Below are positions 26,772 through 41,379 of a stretch of DNA of 64,000 bases, piece after piece. Below the pieces are notes generated by a model. That model searched no databases, was not told the DNA's origin, and worked only from the letters and a program-made list of their open reading frames with translations. The stretch spans positions 48,858,001 to 48,922,000 of the forward strand of contig CM097885.1 of NCBI GenBank assembly GCA_044892525.1, read 5' to 3'. Source of the DNA: Schmidtea polychroa. Lineage: Eukaryota. The position numbers and the translations under genes are program-made. Each line of letters starts with the position of its first letter. Positions within the stretch are counted from its first letter, which is position 1.

Positions 26772-28370
26772 GTAAAATTTTACTATTTTTGTTGAAATGA
26801 TTTTTAATATTAATATCGTTGAGCAATTTTATATAGTTCAGTAGGATAGAATTGGAAGCCTGACTTCACATTCCCTTGATCAAATAATACTAGCTCAACA
26901 CAAGTTACTTTTTTATAGTACAGTTAGCAATCTAATGAATTCTGTCAATACAACTCAAATGACTTTTATTTTTTTAAGTGCAGGTAATCCTATGGACAAC
27001 CGACTCAAGTATAGAGTTGAGCGAATCGAACTCGACTTCTATAAAACTCTATCTTCACTTTTAAAACACTCTTCTTTTGTTTGACTAGTTTCTTTCTTCG
27101 ACTAGAATGGCGATTTTACTGACTCGAAAGTTCATTTTGTAATGTTTAATATTTGTATTTTTGTTTTTGAACTATCGGTTGAACTCTTTCTTTGTCACAA
27201 TCTGCAATTGAATTGTTTCCCGATATAGAGTCGGAACCAATCTCTAAATTCAGTTTAATTTACTTATTTGTCTTTCAAGCTCAGTGATTTTGCTCCTAAT
27301 TTAATTGATTAATATTTTTACAATTAATTAATTTTTTTCACTTCGATTATTATTTTTGAATTTTTTTAAATTGTGTTTTTTACTAATTTTACACAATTTT
27401 CTGTGCACTTAGATCTCAGTTTAGACAACCACAACAATATTATAAAAATGTTTGTTTAAATAATAACAGAAAATATACTAATTAAATCTGATTACGAGAG
27501 ATCTTTATAAGGTAATAAAGACAATTCTTTGTAATTTTGATCCAGAAACAGAAATTTATTCAGAAAATTATTCAACAAAATGAGAACTTAGTTAAATCCT
27601 TCGAGTTCTTCGGTTGGCGCTGCCGAACTAAAATATGAACATTAACAATGGGTAGTTTCGATACCATGAGCGAGTCCTTCCTATGCTTAAATACTGTTAT
27701 TTGATTAATAAGGAAATATGATTTAAAGTCATTAAAATAAAATAAACAAAATCGAATATATAATATTTCCCAACATAAATTAAATATTTACTTTTTAACA
27801 TGGGAATTAATTTTGCTCCTGACTCCTCTTGTTCTCATTCAACAATATGTTTAAAACTCATTTTTATCACTATTGGTCATAACAAATTTCAATATAATCA
27901 AATGTATAATTAGTAATTTTTTTACGTTTATCGAATTCTAAAAAAAATTAATTTAAAATCATTTATTAATTAACTTTCATAATTCAAACTCTAATTTTCA
28001 ATTGATATTTAAGACCCTTGAATAAAGGGTGATCTTAAAATAATATATTATAAAATTCGTTTATAAAATTTGTGAGTATCAAAAACATCAATATATTGCT
28101 GATTTATAGTCTTCAAGCTCTCTTTTTAATATATTATAAAATTATATATATAAAACCAAATGTACTAAATAAATGCTAAATAAATGTTGCATATAGTAAC
28201 TATGAAAAATATTATAATTAATAACTCCGAAAATTTATTAATTATAACATTGTGATGTCGATAACTGAATCCCATTTGAAGGTGAAAATGATTTGTCTGC
28301 GATACCGTGCAAGATGAAAAGTTTCTTCTGAATTGTTAATACAAATTTTATTGGCGAGATTCATCTATTC

Positions 28371-28680
28371 CAGCGTTTCTCAAACAGTGTGCCGTGAAGT
28401 TGAACCAGGTGTGCCGCGAGACTTTTTATCCCAAAAAAGTTGGTAATAAAATAAATTTACAAAAACTATATCAAGCGTTTTACTATGGAAAAGTCGCTTC
28501 TATGGATCAAAATTACAAAGAATTGTCTTTATTACTTTATAAAGATCTCTCGTAATCAGATTTAATTAGTATAGACTAAAAAGTAGCTTTTTTATATATC
28601 ATTGAGAAGTCAAAAAACTTGTAAAAATGTTTGATTTTTGGGCAAGTGTGCTGCGAGCTAGAAAAGTCTAAGAAACACTG
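28371..28680. mobile_element. hAT MITE
   Basis: TIR CAGCGTTTCTCAAAC / GTCTAAGAAACACTG; 8-bp TSD ATCTATTC. Confidence 0.9.
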
Positions 28681-29342
28681 ATCTATTCTTATATTCTTGT
28701 TTATCTTTATTTGAAACATGCGTATTTTTCTATTCTGATTATTTAAACGAGTGGTTTGTTTTCAATATATCTTTTAGTACATATATCCACATAAATAAAT
28801 ATGCAAATATCTATAAAGTGGAGGCACTACATTGCACAATGATTGGCTGAATGCTGAAGGTTACATATTTTGCAATGTATGAATCTATGCATTTGCGCTC
28901 AAGGTATTTATTTTCTTTATGAGTCTATAATTTTATTGTTATTTAGAAAAACTAATGTGTTTCCTAAATCTTTTAATATACTGGCTTTTGGAATTTTTGA
29001 CATTCAAATAAAAATTACCATTACTACTTAGTTACTTTCTATTGGTTTTAAAAAGTTAAATTAAAGCTAATTTTTCAAAGATATAATTTTGTCCGTGACA
29101 TTTTGTCCGGCTATCTTAGAATTGATTATTTTAGACCTCAAAGATATTTCCTATAAATTATGAATATAAAGTATTTTCTTGCGTGTGATTACGGAATTAA
29201 GTAATACGTGGCGTTACCATAATGGATGTAGTCGACACATGAAGAACAGTAGCTGTAACATTTAAAATATAAATTCAGATTTTATTAATATATTCTAATT
29301 CATTTTACAAATATTTAATTATATAAACTCTATTTTACGCAG

Positions 29343-29520
29343 TTTGCGATGGAAAACTAATTGCCACGGAAGAACCACAATTTATTTTCTCCCATGCTGC
29401 TTATGGTACGCCTTACAACATTAATCAGAATTGTCTGTGGCTGTTGGAAACAATTAACCAACAATTAACAGTGCAATTAAAATTTTTGCATTTTGAAGTT
29501 GAACCAGAAAATCAGTGCAC
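29343..29520 (+). CDS. tolloid/BMP1: Tolloid/BMP1-like exon: last CUB domain, N-part
   Basis: CDGKLIATEEPQFIFSHAAYGTPYNINQNCLW...FEVEPENQC; the SHA.(Y/F)G motif is typical of the tolloid CUB5; GTGAGT at 29521. Confidence 0.92.
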
Positions 29521-29579
29521 GTGAGTAAAAAATTATTTTGTTGAATTTTGCATTGTTACCAACTTATTTCTCCTTTCAG

Positions 29580-29652
29580 ATATGACAGTGTAAAAATATA
29601 CGATGGATCAAGTGTGATGTCACCAATGATTGGGCAATATTGTGGAACTTCG
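29580..29652 (+). CDS. tolloid/BMP1: Tolloid/BMP1-like exon after a 59-bp intron
   Basis: YDSVKIYDGSSVMSPMIGQYCGTS; TTTCAG acceptor, GTAGGT donor, phases consistent. Confidence 0.9.
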
Positions 29653-32600
29653 GTAGGTTTTTCTTAATTAACTCTATAAAATATACTCCTAATACAATGC
29701 AATAGCTATACCCATATAATTATTTTTATAAAACAATTATTCTGAAATTAATCTCAAGATAAATCCTCTCCAAATGCTATCTGATATAAACAGAATATAA
29801 TCAGAAAACACATACACTGTTATATACGTGGATAAATACTCATTAGTGGCAAGCAATAAGAATCACGGAATAAATATGAAATATATCCCATTCTATCCAC
29901 ACTCATCAATATGAAAAATAAGCACCCAAATTGAGTTATGGATTTTTAAGACCACTACAAATATTTTACGTAGGTTTGACGTACAAAATGTTTTATTATA
30001 GCAGACTCAATTAGAAAATGATGCATCATATGCAGTCATACTGTAAGTTACAGTCTGTAACTTTTCTCTGTACTGCTATAATTCAATTTATGATAAAATT
30101 TGTTTTAAGAAAAATAACACATTTTGATAGTGATATATATGAACAGATTTATTAAATTTTAAATTTATTTATTTTTTTAAAAAAATGTTAATTGAATACG
30201 ATCATTTTTCACAAAAATAAAAGGATAGTCATGATAACACCGTTAATCTGCGTATACTATTGATGCTAAAGATAAAATGAATATTTTAAGTAAAAAATTT
30301 CAAAAGCCTACAAAAGCAATTATTTCAATAATATTATAAAGTGAAGTATTAGCACTTCATAAATTACATTAAATATCAAATGGTTCGATTTAAGGAGCAT
30401 TTGTAAAAAAGTCATCATTCTCGTTCTCATCCATATTTGCTATAAAAATAGCAAACTCAAACAACTTTTAACCGTTCTAATTCAGACTTAATCAAGGGTT
30501 TCAGAAGTCTAACTAAAAACTTTACAATCTTATGTTACGAATTATAAATCATTGAGAAGGCAAGTCTTATGGACAAATAATCCTTTGAATTTTCGGAGAA
30601 CCACATAGCTTATCAAGTTGTCACTCGCGAGATCAGATTAAATCTTCAATAACCTTAATAATAGGCTTATACGTAGTTAAATCATAAATTAACGATATTA
30701 AAAGATTTCGTCCTTCAAAGGTAGTAATTTTTTTCAATTTTCTAAATTTAAGAACCTACATCACAATATATTTTTTAACTTTTTAATATGATCATGATTA
30801 AAAACAACCAAACCATTACCTTTATCAAATTAACAAATATTAATATTTTTCAAAGTTAAATCGTTTAATTTATCAAAGTAATGATGTATTGAACTATTAA
30901 TAATTGTAAAAATAAGTTGAATGTTATTGTCGACATAGTTGCACCTGGTGTTGATCTGTTGAGGTTCAGAAATACATAAAGTATTGTAATGGGTATAAGT
31001 AATCTAATAATTAAATTACCTAATTAATAATTATCGTGAATGGTTTGATACATGTGTATGTTATTGATTGTCTGAAACACGTATCGTATTTCATGTTTTC
31101 ATGTTTCATTATTACATAATAGTATTCGATCCTAAAGAGATAAATACTTGAACTGTTATCTCATAAAACAGATTTTAAATTTACCAGACTTTGCATTTAA
31201 CAATGGTTATAATTGATGGGATCCAAATGACAAATAATACACCTTTTCCAAATTGAATCTCCTAGAAGCAGATAATTTAAACATAACATTCTCGTGACAT
31301 TTTTTGTGATTGGATACCATTTTAAACAGTATAATATGGACACTTGGTACACCGTTTCCTTTAATATAGTGTCCTTATCCGCATAGAAAGTTTTGATTTT
31401 ACAAATTTATGTAGTCTATTTTTATTTAAATTTTTAGGATTTATTGAAATTTTATAACTAAAAAATTTCCACTTCCATAATTTTAAGATTTACAGTTTAA
31501 AATATGAAAACAAATGTACTAATAAATATTTTATTTTTATGTTACATTAATTAATAATTTAAATTTCATTGAACTGATTAAAAAATGAAATGTTTGATTG
31601 AAAATTATGCAGAATTATTCATAGATTTCAAATGATAAATTTCAAAATAAATGACAAATTTGTTAATAAATCATATTTATTGTCAAAGTACTTTTTGACT
31701 GATTTTATCATCATCTGACTTTATGTACTTAGAAATGAATTATTATTATTTTGAAATAAATTGTAATCATCTTGCATCTCCATTGCACATAACATGCCTA
31801 GGCAACGCAAACCCATACAGTCGCCAATTTCATATCTATCAGAATAGGATGAGCGGCAAAAAACTTTTTTCCCAAAAATGTACAAGTTCAAATACTACTA
31901 TAAAAATATACAATATACAAATTAAAATATCAATATAAAAACAATTTTCTTCCTTCCGTGAAAATATGTTCCAATTCACATGTGGTTAATGAAGAATTTA
32001 GAAAAAAGAGAGAAATTTTTAGAAAGAGATAAAGAGAAAGCTACTTTGACAACTAGAAGAGTGCAATTTGAATTCAAAAGAATATTATTTGATCAGTATG
32101 CAGTTCCAGCCACCTTTAAAAATTTTAAAGAGAGAAAACTATGAGCAATGTTTTGATTTATGGTAAAAAGTACAAACAATGAGTGAGATCCATACCGCAA
32201 AGACTGACAGAATTGAAACAAAATAATTGTAACTTTTTGACATAAGAATTTTAATTTTTATATCAGAAAGTGTAATTGTAGATCCAAAAGAAAATCCAAA
32301 AGTTGTTGGACCGGATTGAACCATATGTCTTCAGAATAATATTTATTTATAGTTAGAAAACTTTTTAGAGCAGATACCTGTAAAGCCAACTAGGAGTTCA
32401 GTAAAATTCAAAAATTTCAGCCGAAAGAGAACAAAAGGCATTTAATGACTTGACTTTTTCCATTAAATAAGAAACATTTATTCTTGGTAATGATTCCTTG
32501 TCATAGTGATCTTGTACTTAGATAAAGTACTTAGTTAAATTCAAAATGTAAAGGAAAAGGTGACAGCGGTAGTCGAATAATAAACGGAAAGTAATTAAAC

Positions 32601-33470
32601 AAAATCTAAGGCAGGAAAAATAATTTTTAGGCTTTAAGCAAAATAAAGAAAATCATAAGAAGCATAGAAACGAAAACGAAGGAGCTACATCGATAGAATA
32701 GAACATTCAGATGAGTATTTTCAAATCATTTTGTTGTTATGTCCCACCTAAGCCTTTTTAAAATTTTAGTGCATCTATCTAACATACATAATTTTTAATA
32801 TTCAAAAATTAAATTATTCACTGAATGAAGCCCATATGACAACTTTTTCAGGACACATGATTTAGATTTTAGGGTATTGTAAGAAAAGAGTCAATTTTCG
32901 AAACATATTATATAATGAACTGAAATTGAAGAACAAAATATTTTAAATGAAAAATCTTTTTATTAAACTACTCATATTTTTAATTGCACCACAGTTAACT
33001 ATCAAATTACCCCCCCCCCCCCCCCGCCCACAGTGGGGCGTGGGACCCACGTCAGTAAACACTGATTTATATAGTAGAAACAAAAATCAATATAATTTAT
33101 TCAACGATACCGATTCATTAGAGCCGTTAATTACCGATCCAAATTAGCCCATCATCTCCCAACAGTGGTTTCAAGACGCTGTTAATTATTTATCTAACTT
33201 AGACGATCATTTTCCAGTGATTCCGGAGCTCTATAAAAATCTAATTATCCACTAATTATCCTATCTATACCTCTCAAATTAAAATTTTACCCCTCAAAAT
33301 ATAAATTTTTAAAACAAAGATTAAAACAAATTTACTCTTATATTTGTAAAATGTATTTAAAATCGAAATAGTATTTCAAATTTAGGAAGATTCGTGTGCC
33401 AAAATAAACAATCTGATTCTCGATTTTTATTTAACTTACAACAATGTCTGCAGACTATGGTACTGTTAAA

Positions 33471-33677
33471 CAGTGCTCGAAGTGGAACAAAATATGTGCC
33501 GGGATAGGCATGCTGTGGCAACCGGGATTCCAGGCTTTTATGCAGAAATTTTCAGTTGGGGGTGTTGCAAAACTTTGGGGGGGTGTCCACTCATTTAATC
33601 ATAAGTTTCAGAATATACTTACCTATCCATTACTGCTGCTTGGGAAATTCTTAATTGAATAGAGAATAGAGAATAAA

Positions 33678-33726
<49 letters not shown>

Positions 33727-33900
33727 CATATATGGATGTACTATGTGTGACCTTAATTGCAGTATTTGTGTGCCTATAAAATGAAATAAGTACCGGGATA
33801 AACCTATAGATTATATGAAATGAAGTGCCGGGATGCTATTCCGCCTACATAATCAATGCCGGGATAATATCCCGGCTATCCCGCCTCACTTCGAGCACTG
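33471..33900. mobile_element. hAT MITE
   Basis: TIR CAGTGCTCGAAGTG / CACTTCGAGCACTG; 8-bp TSD CTGTTAAA. Confidence 0.92.
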
Positions 33901-34686
33901 CTGTTAAAGTAGATGTTCACACGTTGTAACTCTTTTCGTCTTTGGTGTATTAGTTATCGCATATGGGATCCAAACGTTGCACAGGGAGTGCTTTCCCATT
34001 AAATCAGCCCTCTTGCCATGGTTTCTTTTTCACACCAATGATCTCAGCAATTTGGCTTGTTGTGACCCAGGGATCTTCATTAAAAACAGTTTGTATCTTT
34101 TCTTCCAGATCGTATGACGCCCGTTCCTGTGTAGCACATCTTCAGTGACAAAGTTTCCACTCTTGAATTTGGCTACCAAGTTGGATCAGGTTCTGAAGCA
34201 AACTGTGTAAGGGTGCAGTTGATTTATGAATTTAGTCGGTTGACAGTCCTTTCTTCCATTTGTAATAAATGATTTTTCGAATATTCTCTCGAGAAAACTC
34301 CATTTTCAGTACGAATACTGGCGAGACACATTATAACCATTAATGAGGGATATGGTGGTTTTCCATGGGTGGTTCTGAACCAAATGGAATTTTGGATTAA
34401 TTTTAAAAAAATTAAATAGATTCTAAATTATTTGTATGTTTGCATTTTATTTTTCAATAGTAAATACTCTTAAAATTGTTGATGATACAAGTCTAAATAA
34501 ACTTATAACATAAAAAATATTTTTATCATCGACGTAAGGTATTTTAGATCGTGTTGAATTTCCAAAGCAGAAATCTCCTGCGAAATTTGGCAAACCCCCT
34601 TTGATAGAGAAATTTTATTTAGAGTGTCCTCAGTGTTTTAAATTTTCTTGTAACACCTTCATCAAATGATAGAAATAGATTTTTAA

Positions 34687-34901
34687 CCACTTGCCGGGCG
34701 CGCTCTCAAATATGAGTGCAAAAAATGTGTACCATTTCGGGCGAGCGCAAACTCATATAGAAAAAATTAGTGAATACAAACTCGGAAAATTAAAAAAAAT
34801 ATATTTACGTTATATTTTGATTATATACTATTAATTAATGATTTAAAAAAATAGTTTTTTTTTGACCGAAAACATGAAAAAAAAAACCGCCCGGCAAGTG
34901 G
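34687..34901. mobile_element. piggyBac-type MITE
   Basis: TIR CCACTTGCCGGGCG / CGCCCGGCAAGTGG flanked by TTAA on both sides. Confidence 0.88.
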
Positions 34902-34967
34902 TTAATTCGGCCGTCTAATAATTTTAAAATGAGAGCATCGCAAATTTTTATGAGTATAAATATATGA

Positions 34968-35061
<94 letters not shown>

Positions 35062-36012
35062 CAAGTCATATTTTCCAATCACTGCAAACAAATAAATGCG
35101 ATTCTGACATTAAATACTAATATAAAAAACAATGGGGTCCCCAGAAGATATTCAAAAAAAGAAATTAATTAAAAAAGATGTATTAGCTGTGTGGTACGCT
35201 TGAGCCACATGGAGAACCCGGACCTTGTAGGAAACCCGTGTGTAAATAAGAGAATAATAAGATTTGACTTCCTTCTAAAATCAATAAATATAATTAGTTT
35301 TGAATAAGTGAAACGAGATTTTTGAGCAAAGACAAGAGGTCACCTGCTTAATTGTTTTGTTTTGAGGAAATTTTGGCTGCTGGGTAATTCAATTATGTCA
35401 TTACAAAAATTGCATAAGGAAAACAAATATAAAAAGAAACGACAATGGTACTCAAGTACCAAGTTGGTTGAAGAATAAACAAGTCACATAGAAATTCCTA
35501 TGAATGGGAATTGAGAAATCAGTGTAAAATTAAAAAAAGCAGATCAAAGAGTAATGGAGCTAAACTCTTGTCAAATTAAATTTATGAAAAGAAAAGTCAC
35601 ATTCCAAATTTAATAATGAGGCGGTCTCCCGTTGGGTTAACTACCTTATTGAATTTTTATAGAAAAATTTAGATAAAATAATAATGTATTTAACAAAATT
35701 GTATCAAAATTTGTTGATGTTTAATGAAGTATTCTGTGTTAAGTTTTATTTTAATAATTGAAACAAAGAAAGTACACAAAATATCATTTCATCAGTGGCG
35801 GACATTCCACGTGTGGTAGGTGTGCACCGCAAGCCTAATAAAAAATGAAAATTCTTTCCTTTTTCATTTTTTCTCATTTCATATTTAAATGTTATAGAGA
35901 TTTGTGTTAGTGTTTATGAATATTTGGTTTTTTAAAAACAAATGTAATGTGTCAAGCACTGCAACGCTTAACACTAACTCATTCGTGCTTATTTTGTAAT
36001 AACGCTCTAGAG

Positions 36013-39000
36013 CAGTGATGTCCAACACAGTCGCCACTCGCCACATGTGGCGAGTGGGCTATGTGCTTGTGGCGAATGTAGCATTTTTTTTTATGTTTTA
36101 TTTAATACTTCAATTCTATCCATAATACAAAGTTGTAACCAAAACATAAACAACGACAAGTTTTTATTTTGTAATCTTACATGCTAAGAAATGCTCATGG
36201 CAGATCCCGGTGTGTCAAATTTACGTACACATAGTGTCATGTGATTGTTTATTAAGAACTAAAATTTCGTTTTTAATTAATTTAGGTGTTTTCAAATAAA
36301 CTAAAGTAATTTAAATGATTATTATTGTTATTTACCTGCATTGCTGTTGTTTACAATTGGGTTACAATGAAAAAAAAGGAGATAGCTCTACATTCTACAA
36401 AAAATATATCAATCTACCTCTTTCCTCTCATTATACTATGTAGCAACTCAGTCAGTAACCGTATACCTGTCGTATACCGAAAAACACTATGTTAGCGTTA
36501 TGAATGTAATAGATGTAGACAGCAGTACTTTTCTGTAAATTTATATATAGACTGCTTTTTCCAACCAATGCACTATGTTCCAACTAACATTACGTACGTA
36601 CACATAGTGAGACAGTAGGATGTTTTAAGTATCTGCACTCTCATTCATATTTATTATTGTTTAAGTTAATTCCTAATTTATTATAATTTTGTTACAAGTA
36701 GTAAACAGAAGAAAACAAAAAAAATTTTTTTATGCCAAAATGTGCTTCTTATCTATTTGTGATTACACTTTATCTATTTGTGAAAACGCTTTTTTAAAAT
36801 TTAAAAACAAATGACATTTTCATCAAAGTAGGCGTTTTTTTGGTTTGTTTTCCCGTTGTATGAATCCCATGTATTAGTCTCATGCTTGTTTTTGTTAAAT
36901 AAACAACTAACGTGCGACTTTAAATATTACATATTATTCTTTTGAAATTATATTAAAATTATTTCACAGTAAAAAATGGATAAATATTTAAAACGACATT
37001 CCGATACTGATAGTTCAGCTAGGCAAGAAGAAGCAACTGGTTCAACTCAATTAGAACCCAAAAAAAGAGATTGGAAAAAGGTTTGCCGCAAATTTAATGG
37101 TAAATGGGAACTAGAATTTGATGTAATGGAACAAAACCAAAAAACTGTATGTATATTGTGTAACAAAACTTTTAATGACAATAAAGTGGACAGCATAAAA
37201 AAGCATTATCAACAAATGCATAGTGAATTTGATTGTAAGTTTCCTGTCGCAAGCAAGTTAGAACGAATGAAATAACTCGCTTAAAGTCAAAATTAGAAGG
37301 ACAGCAATCTTTTTTTAAACGGTTTTTAACTACATCCGAACTTATTACTTTGGCTAGCTACAAAACGGCTTGGATTTTAGCTCAAAAAAGAAAACCTTTT
37401 TCGGATGGAGAACTAATCAAAGAGATTGTCCTGTCTATTATGGAAATTTTACTTGAAAATTATGAAGAACCTTTGAAGAAAGATATAATGCAAAAAATAG
37501 AAAACATGCAATTGAGTCACCAAACTATTGCTCGTAGAATGCAAGACTTGATGAAAAACATCAATAAGCAATTGCTCCAACATTTGAAAAGTTGTATATG
37601 TTTTTCTTTAACATTAGACGAGTCATGTGACATCCGAGACACTGCTCAGTTAATTTTTTGGATACGCCTGGTTTCAAAAGACTTGGAAATATATGAAGAA
37701 ATGTTGACAATCCGTGGAATGAAAGACCGTACTAGAGGCGTAGATATTTTTGAAATTTTCAAAAGTGTCGCTGAAGACTTTCAATTAGATATGACGAAAT
37801 TAGTTTCTGTCACAACAGATGGTGCTCCAGCGATGCTTGGACAAAAATCTGGATTTGTCGGTATTTTGAAACAACAAACACACGTATGCTTGGTCGCTTC
37901 TTTCCACTGCATGATACATGTGGAAAATATATGTGCTCAATTATCTGGAACAGACATTTTGAAAAATATGATGGATTTAGTTGTTAAAGTTGTTAATTAT
38001 ATTCGTAGTAGTGCTACAAACCATCGTCAGTTTCTGGAGCTTTTAAAGGAAATTGAGGGCACTGAATTTAAAGATCTGCTATTTTTTACAAATGTTCGGT
38101 GGTTAAGTCGTGGTAAAGTTTTGGAACGATTTGTATCATTATTAAATCCCATCCGAAATTTCCTTCAAGAAAAAGAAATGCTTATCAATTTTTCTGAAAT
38201 AGAAAATAAGGAATGGCAATGCGATTTAATTTTTCTCACTGATATAACGTTACATATTAATGAATTAAATTTAAAACTTCAAGGAAAAGGAAAGCTAATA
38301 TGTGATTTGGCACAGTATATACGAGAATTTGTCTCTAAATTAAAACTTTTTGTGACACAGTTAAAAGATTATGATTTCACGCATTTCGATAATATGGAAA
38401 AATATAAAGAAGATACCAATTTTAATATACAGCGTTATGTCGGATGGTTACAGAAACTACAAGAAAAATTTGAAGAACGTTTTATTGATGTTGAGAAATT
38501 TAGACCTGCTTTTCAACTGATGCAAGATCCTTTCCATTTTGAAATCACCAATTCTGAGTTGTCTAAAGATATCGCGAATTTGCTAAGTTTGGACCGACGT
38601 GATTTTGAAGCAGATATGCTTTTACTTCAAAGTCAGATCAATTATTCTAGAAACGATGAATCTATTTTAATGATGTGGACACGCCTCTTAAAGTCAAATG
38701 AGTTTGTGGTTCTCAACTCAGCTATTGCGAAGCTATTGAGTATGTTTGGAACAACTTGGGTTTGCGAATCTACTTTTTCAGCAGTAACTTTCATAAAATC
38801 AAAATACCGATCCAATATTAGTGATGAAAATTTGGAGGCAGAATTAAAATGTGCAGTTAGCGTGAGGTTTACACCAGATTTCAAGGGTATTGTGCAAGAA
38901 AAAAATTGCCAAGCATCACATTAAATAATTTTTGTATTTTGTGTTTAATGTTATTAAAAAAACTTGTGTAATTCCTAAAATTGATTAAAATAAAAAACTA

Positions 39001-39098
39001 TTATAAAACATTTTGTTTTAAATTTATTTTAATGTGGCGAATGAAAATTTCTAAATTGACGATTGTGGCTACAATCAAATTTCTGTTGGACACCGCTG
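36013..39098 (+). mobile_element. Full-length hAT (Buster/Charlie/SPIN-type) DNA transposon
   Basis: TIR CAGTGATGTCCAACA / TGTTGGACACCGCTG; 8-bp TSD CTCTAGAG at 36005-36012 and 39099-39106. Confidence 0.95.
36976..38924 (+). pseudogene. hAT transposase (GTF2IRD2/SPIN-like) with one frameshift near 37270
   Basis: BED-like CILC...H-H; LDESCD, TTDGAPAM, HCMIH, VRWLSRG, TTWVCESTFS motifs; split between ORFs 36976-37275 and 37350-38924. Confidence 0.92.
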
Positions 39099-39851
39099 CT
39101 CTAGAGCATAATAAGTGCTGTGCATCCGAACTCACCCGTTATAGAAAGTCAATGCTAAAACATTACTTTGTATTATAATATTTATTTATTAATTAACTGA
39201 TTTTAACTTATTTTATACAATATATTTTTTAAAAATATATAATATTTGTGCAAAAAACCGCTATTTTCAATTGAAATTTTAAAAACATTCTCCCCATCGC
39301 ATTCTGATAACAAACACCTTTTATAATTTAACAGCACACCCAACTATGAAACTCACACTAAGTCACTCCGAATCATTAATAGAGAGTGGAGAGAGAACTG
39401 GCTTTCGACTAATGAAAAAAATGATGAAAATGCGCAAAATTCATACATAATAGTTTGCTACTTTTTACGATTTCCGCTTCAAATACACCAGAAAGAATTT
39501 TTGACATTATGATGACTATTTTGAGAAAAGAATGTAATTGATTGTGCCAAAAAAATTAAATATTAAGGAGTGATTTTTACAAGTTTATCTGCTGAATGTA
39601 TTTTGAAAAAAATCCGAGAGAAAAAATATTTATCATTGTGTTTTAAGTTGTAATTGCTTATGTAATAGGAAATAGGAAGTTTATGTAATAGGAAATTGTC
39701 ATATCGAATGGATGCATTTTATTAAATACATTCTCAAAAATTGAATTTTTATTTTCCTTTCTTGTAAAATTCCAATGTAATCATGACCACGGGTGATACC
39801 TAAAATTATTTCAACTTTGATTTGAATTAATTGCTTTCATTACATATTTAG

Positions 39852-40070
39852 ATGCCAACCCTGGTAACATCACAGAGTGGAAATTTGCTTATACATTTTG
39901 TATCAGATGACACTGTTAGTGCAAAGGGCTTTAAGGCTGAGTACAGAGCAGTTCCAAAACCGCTAACGAATACAAAAGATTCTCAAACATACAGATTTCA
40001 ATATCAAGTTCAAAGGTCTGTAAATCCAGTCAACAGTAAAAGAAATAATGAATTCATCGAACATGCTTGA
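39852..40070 (+). CDS. tolloid/BMP1: Tolloid/BMP1-like terminal exon
   Basis: AG at 39850-39851; LVTSQSGNLLIHFVSDDTVSAKGFKAEY completes the CUB domain, followed by a short tail and TGA. Confidence 0.9.
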   Translation: MPTLVTSQSGNLLIHFVSDDTVSAKGFKAEYRAVPKPLTNTKDSQTYRFQYQVQRSVNPVNSKRNNEFIEHA

Positions 40071-40639
40071 GAATCTTGGTCATTTCAAGTGTTTGTTTTG
40101 TAGATTAACTGTAGAATTCATATTGTTTGTAACTTTCCATAGACACAAAAAATGAATATTACTGGATTTTATTTTTTAAATAGATATGAATTTATTTTTT
40201 AGGAAAATTATCTACAGGGCCATCGAAATTATGTTGAAATGAAAATTTTCAGTTTAATTTTTAAATTTCATGAAAACCATGTATATAAATCCCATTTATG
40301 ACAATTTGTTTTAATACGCTGCAAATGGTAGAATCAGTAACATTATATAGTAATGTCGATGAAATTTAAAACAGATTTCATGAAATATTTTAATTAATTT
40401 AGAAAAGTAATCAAAGTTGTAATTCTTTAAAAAGTAAGTCAATTTAAGGTCAAAAAGTATGTCAATATTGTTTTAAGGACAGTTAAGAGTTAAAAAAGGC
40501 CAAGGTCGTTTTAAGGACAGTTTAAGGTCAACAAAATATGCCAATGTCATTTAAAGGTTAATGAGGTCATGATTTCAGGGCATAAAATTAAGTAAGTCAC
40601 ATAGAAAAATATGTTGAGCATTTATTTAAACCTAAATAG

Positions 40640-40769
<130 letters not shown>

Positions 40770-40825
40770 TAAATAGGTTAAGTTGTTTCACTAGTTAAAC
40801 TTATAATAATAAGAATAATTGTACT

Positions 40826-41317
40826 TATTAAAATTTTTGACTATGAATCATTAAAGATATCGATGTTTTTTTGATATTCACGAAAGGCAGTGCCAAAAAT
40901 TCGTGAATATCAATAAGACACATAGTTATCTTTACTGATTCATAGTCAAGCATTTTAATAAATACAATGTCAATTGAAAAAAAATCAGTGGTAAAAATTG
41001 AAAAAAGTTCTTATACTAATAGTTATAATAATAATAATAAAAATAATAATAATATTATTATTATAAGAAATTTTATTTCTTCCAATTTCACCACTGATTA
41101 TTTTTTTCCATTAAATTTATTAAAAAGAGAGTTTGAAGACTATAAATCAGCAATATATCGATGTTTGTTGATACTCACGAATTCTCGGCACTGCCTTTTC
41201 AAGTGAATTTTCACTTGAAATTCATTTGAAAAAGGCAGTGCCGAAAATTCGTGAGTATCAACAAGCTTCGATATATTACTGATTTATAGTCTTCAAACTC
41301 TCTCTTTAATAAATTTA

Positions 41318-41320
<3 letters not shown>
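40826..41320. repeat. Multi-hairpin dispersed repeat (fold-back/MITE-like)
   Basis: ~200-bp hairpin at 41115-41320; related copies at ~61545-61905, ~28070-28140 and ~2960-3045. Confidence 0.75.
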
Positions 41321-41374
<54 letters not shown>

Positions 41375-41379
41375 GTATA

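Noticed and set aside
32098..33065. Decayed hAT-like element ending ...GTAAACACTG
   Set aside because: The left end and TSD could not be fixed, and the coding traces are too degraded to support a call.
35793..39370. Older CAGTGGCGGA-ended element enclosing the hAT
   Set aside because: No convincing right TIR or TSD was found.
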